Origin: Tubiluchus corallicola
Taxonomy: Eukaryota; Animalia; Priapulida
Length of the DNA stretch: 22,684 bases
Direction: 5' to 3'
NCBI GenBank assembly: GCA_030141605.1
Contig: JAQGDQ010001876.1
Location: forward strand, 1-22,684
Below are positions 21,416-22,684 of the stretch, in pieces. The notes below the pieces were generated by a model. The model ran no database searches. It was given only the letters and a program-made list of their open reading frames with translations, and had not been told where the DNA came from. Positions within the stretch are counted from its first letter, which is position 1. Each line of letters opens with the position of its first letter. Position numbers and translations under genes: made by a program.

Positions 21416-21727
21416 CTAAAGAGGGCGTCGAGGGCATAACGAGGTGAATTTCATTTTCTATTTCTCTCTCGTAGAGGAATTGTCACAGAGGCGTTCATCG
21501 GCAGAGGTTTTTTTGGTTTATTGCATCGGGCCGCTTCAATATGTAATTCATGTCTGTTTTTTCTAAACTTTGTAAATTTTTCAAGGCTCTTGCTCTTGCT
21601 CTTAAGAAACAATTTTTATCGTGATTTCTTTTCCGTGTCAATCACAGCGGTACGACTCTCTTCAGGGTGAAAGATTTATGTCGTTAATAAATCTTAATGA
21701 AGTGATTATTAACTTGATTTCATTTAG

Positions 21728-21841
21728 GTCCTATAGAGTTTGAAGAATTAGATGCGACAACGACGCTTCCACCGTTATCGTCGCCGGAACAACAGTTGGA
21801 GAAAAATAATTCCAACAGCGATTTGAAGATCAAAAAGGAAG
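21728..21841 (+). CDS. FCHO2: FCHO exon H (F-BAR end/linker): GPIEFEELDATTTLPPLSSPEQQLEKNNSNSDLKIKKE; 3' boundary uncertain
   Basis: tttcatttag acceptor in phase 1 completes the Gly codon; IEFEE motif; best donor is AAG/gtagga at 21842. Confidence 0.8.
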
Positions 21842-22511
21842 GTAGGAGGAGGAGGTCTAGAGATACTTTTTACCTTCCCTTTTTTCAGTGTCGCCTCTTT
21901 ATGATTGGTGTTGTTTAATGCATGATGTCTCTGGTTTTTTTTGCAAAATAGAGAATAGATTATTTTATTTTGAAAACTCTTCCAAAACTCTCAAACCGCA
22001 TCTGTCATCAGAAACATCTCATGGTTACATGGCAGCGGGATGCAAGGATGCAGAGAAAATTTTTGTGTGCTAGAGCTAGACAAATTTTGGGCCCCCTTCT
22101 TCTCCTATAGAAGGTCATGAAGCCTATAAAATGCAATATTGTTCATTAACTTTTATTTGTTAATAAATGAATTGTGTTTACTTGCAGTGAACACATCCCA
22201 TTTCATTTTCTACTAAGTAAAATGGCCTGTCTGGCTTTTTTCCTTGCAAAACAGCGAATAACTTAATCAAAATTGACCTTTTGCGCAAGTCCAGCTTCAT
22301 TACTCAATCTTGCCAGGTCCACTATCCATCCTACGTCGAGGTTTTAGGGTTTCTAGCGGCATCTGTTTCGGATAGACACGAATACTGGTCATGCCGACGT
22401 ATAAAATTCAACCTTTACGTACCCCGGTACCCCAGGACTTCGTGGTGACTGAAGCGATGTATTGGCTGCACTGCACTCTCCTGGGGGCGTAATTTCACCC
22501 TATGCATAAAC

Positions 22512-22684
22512 CAGGGGTGTGCAAATTATCTGACTAGCCGGGCCACATGAAACTGTCCCACAATTCCCGTAGGCCACAGGCAGTTTGATCAAGGAGCCAA
22601 TTTTTGCATCCGACCTGCGTACATCATTACTACTGCACTCAAGAAACTATTTTAGAAGTTATTAAAATTTATATTACAAACCAG
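22512..22684 (-). mobile_element. Second, inverted copy of the hAT MITE at 9460-9894; runs off the window end
   Basis: CAGGGGTGTGCAAATTATCTGACTAGCCGGGCCACAT is the reverse complement of the right end at 9894. Confidence 0.85.

Larger units (their letters stand above)
3177..21841 (+). other. FCHO2: Partial spliced gene: FCHO1/2-like F-BAR domain-only protein (8 internal coding exons; 5' and 3' ends outside window)
   Basis: Eight AG/GT-bounded exons with compatible phases join without stops: HRIEEAYSLSLAKLAKTAANSSCIG-TFAPVWQILKSCSDKLSSLHMDMVHKYQDLQKELQKYNDEQHKKYKT-IKEQESGTLEVVQLVQQTMQNLQK-SKEAYVARGTEYEKLRQSNGSPKDLEK-AEAKFRKATDEYKSYVEKYANIRSDFEKKMLMSCR-HFQDVEIEHIKKMKTFVETYAKTAEGHQALIQQ-VHTELKQQSDELTVEKLIDHFIQHKGTGTEKLG-PIEFEE. 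This is collinear with recalled FCHO2 motifs (IEEAYS, GTFAPVW, KKATDTYKLYVEKY, KGTGKERPGLIEFEE). Probably the single co-orthologue of FCHO1/FCHO2. Confidence 0.93.

Noticed and set aside
21900-21917. YDWCCL-encoding 18-mer also found on the minus strand near 4209-4226
   Set aside because: Similarity does not extend; one 17/18 match is plausible by chance in an AT-rich 22-kb self-comparison.
22300-22500. GC-richer patch as a further FCHO exon or SINE
   Set aside because: No convincing acceptor/donor pair or FCHO-like peptide, and no Pol III boxes recognised.

Overview
AT-rich eukaryotic (metazoan, probably invertebrate) genomic DNA, not prokaryotic. The + strand carries eight consecutive GT-AG coding exons (3177-3251, 7970-8111, 9331-9402, 12279-12359, 13752-13856, 16167-16265, 19648-19744, 21728-~21841). 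They splice in frame into most of the F-BAR domain of an FCHO1/2 (muniscin) endocytic adaptor; the start codon and C-terminal region lie outside the window. Nearly all supplied ORFs are artefacts. The introns hold LINE 3' fragments, two copies of a deleted Tc1/mariner, several MITEs, a Helentron-like end, and six unrelated tandem repeat families (5, 16, 38, 50/47, 52 and ~142 bp units). Most notable: (1) bases 1-1575 are an inverted composite copy of two downstream intronic segments, joined at a 7-bp microhomology and skipping two exons; (2) the 38-bp minisatellite arose inside a LINE ORF2 coding region; (3) the ~142-bp array next to an exon carries a CTCF-like motif in all 8 units. All family assignments are from manual reading and recall, with no database searches.
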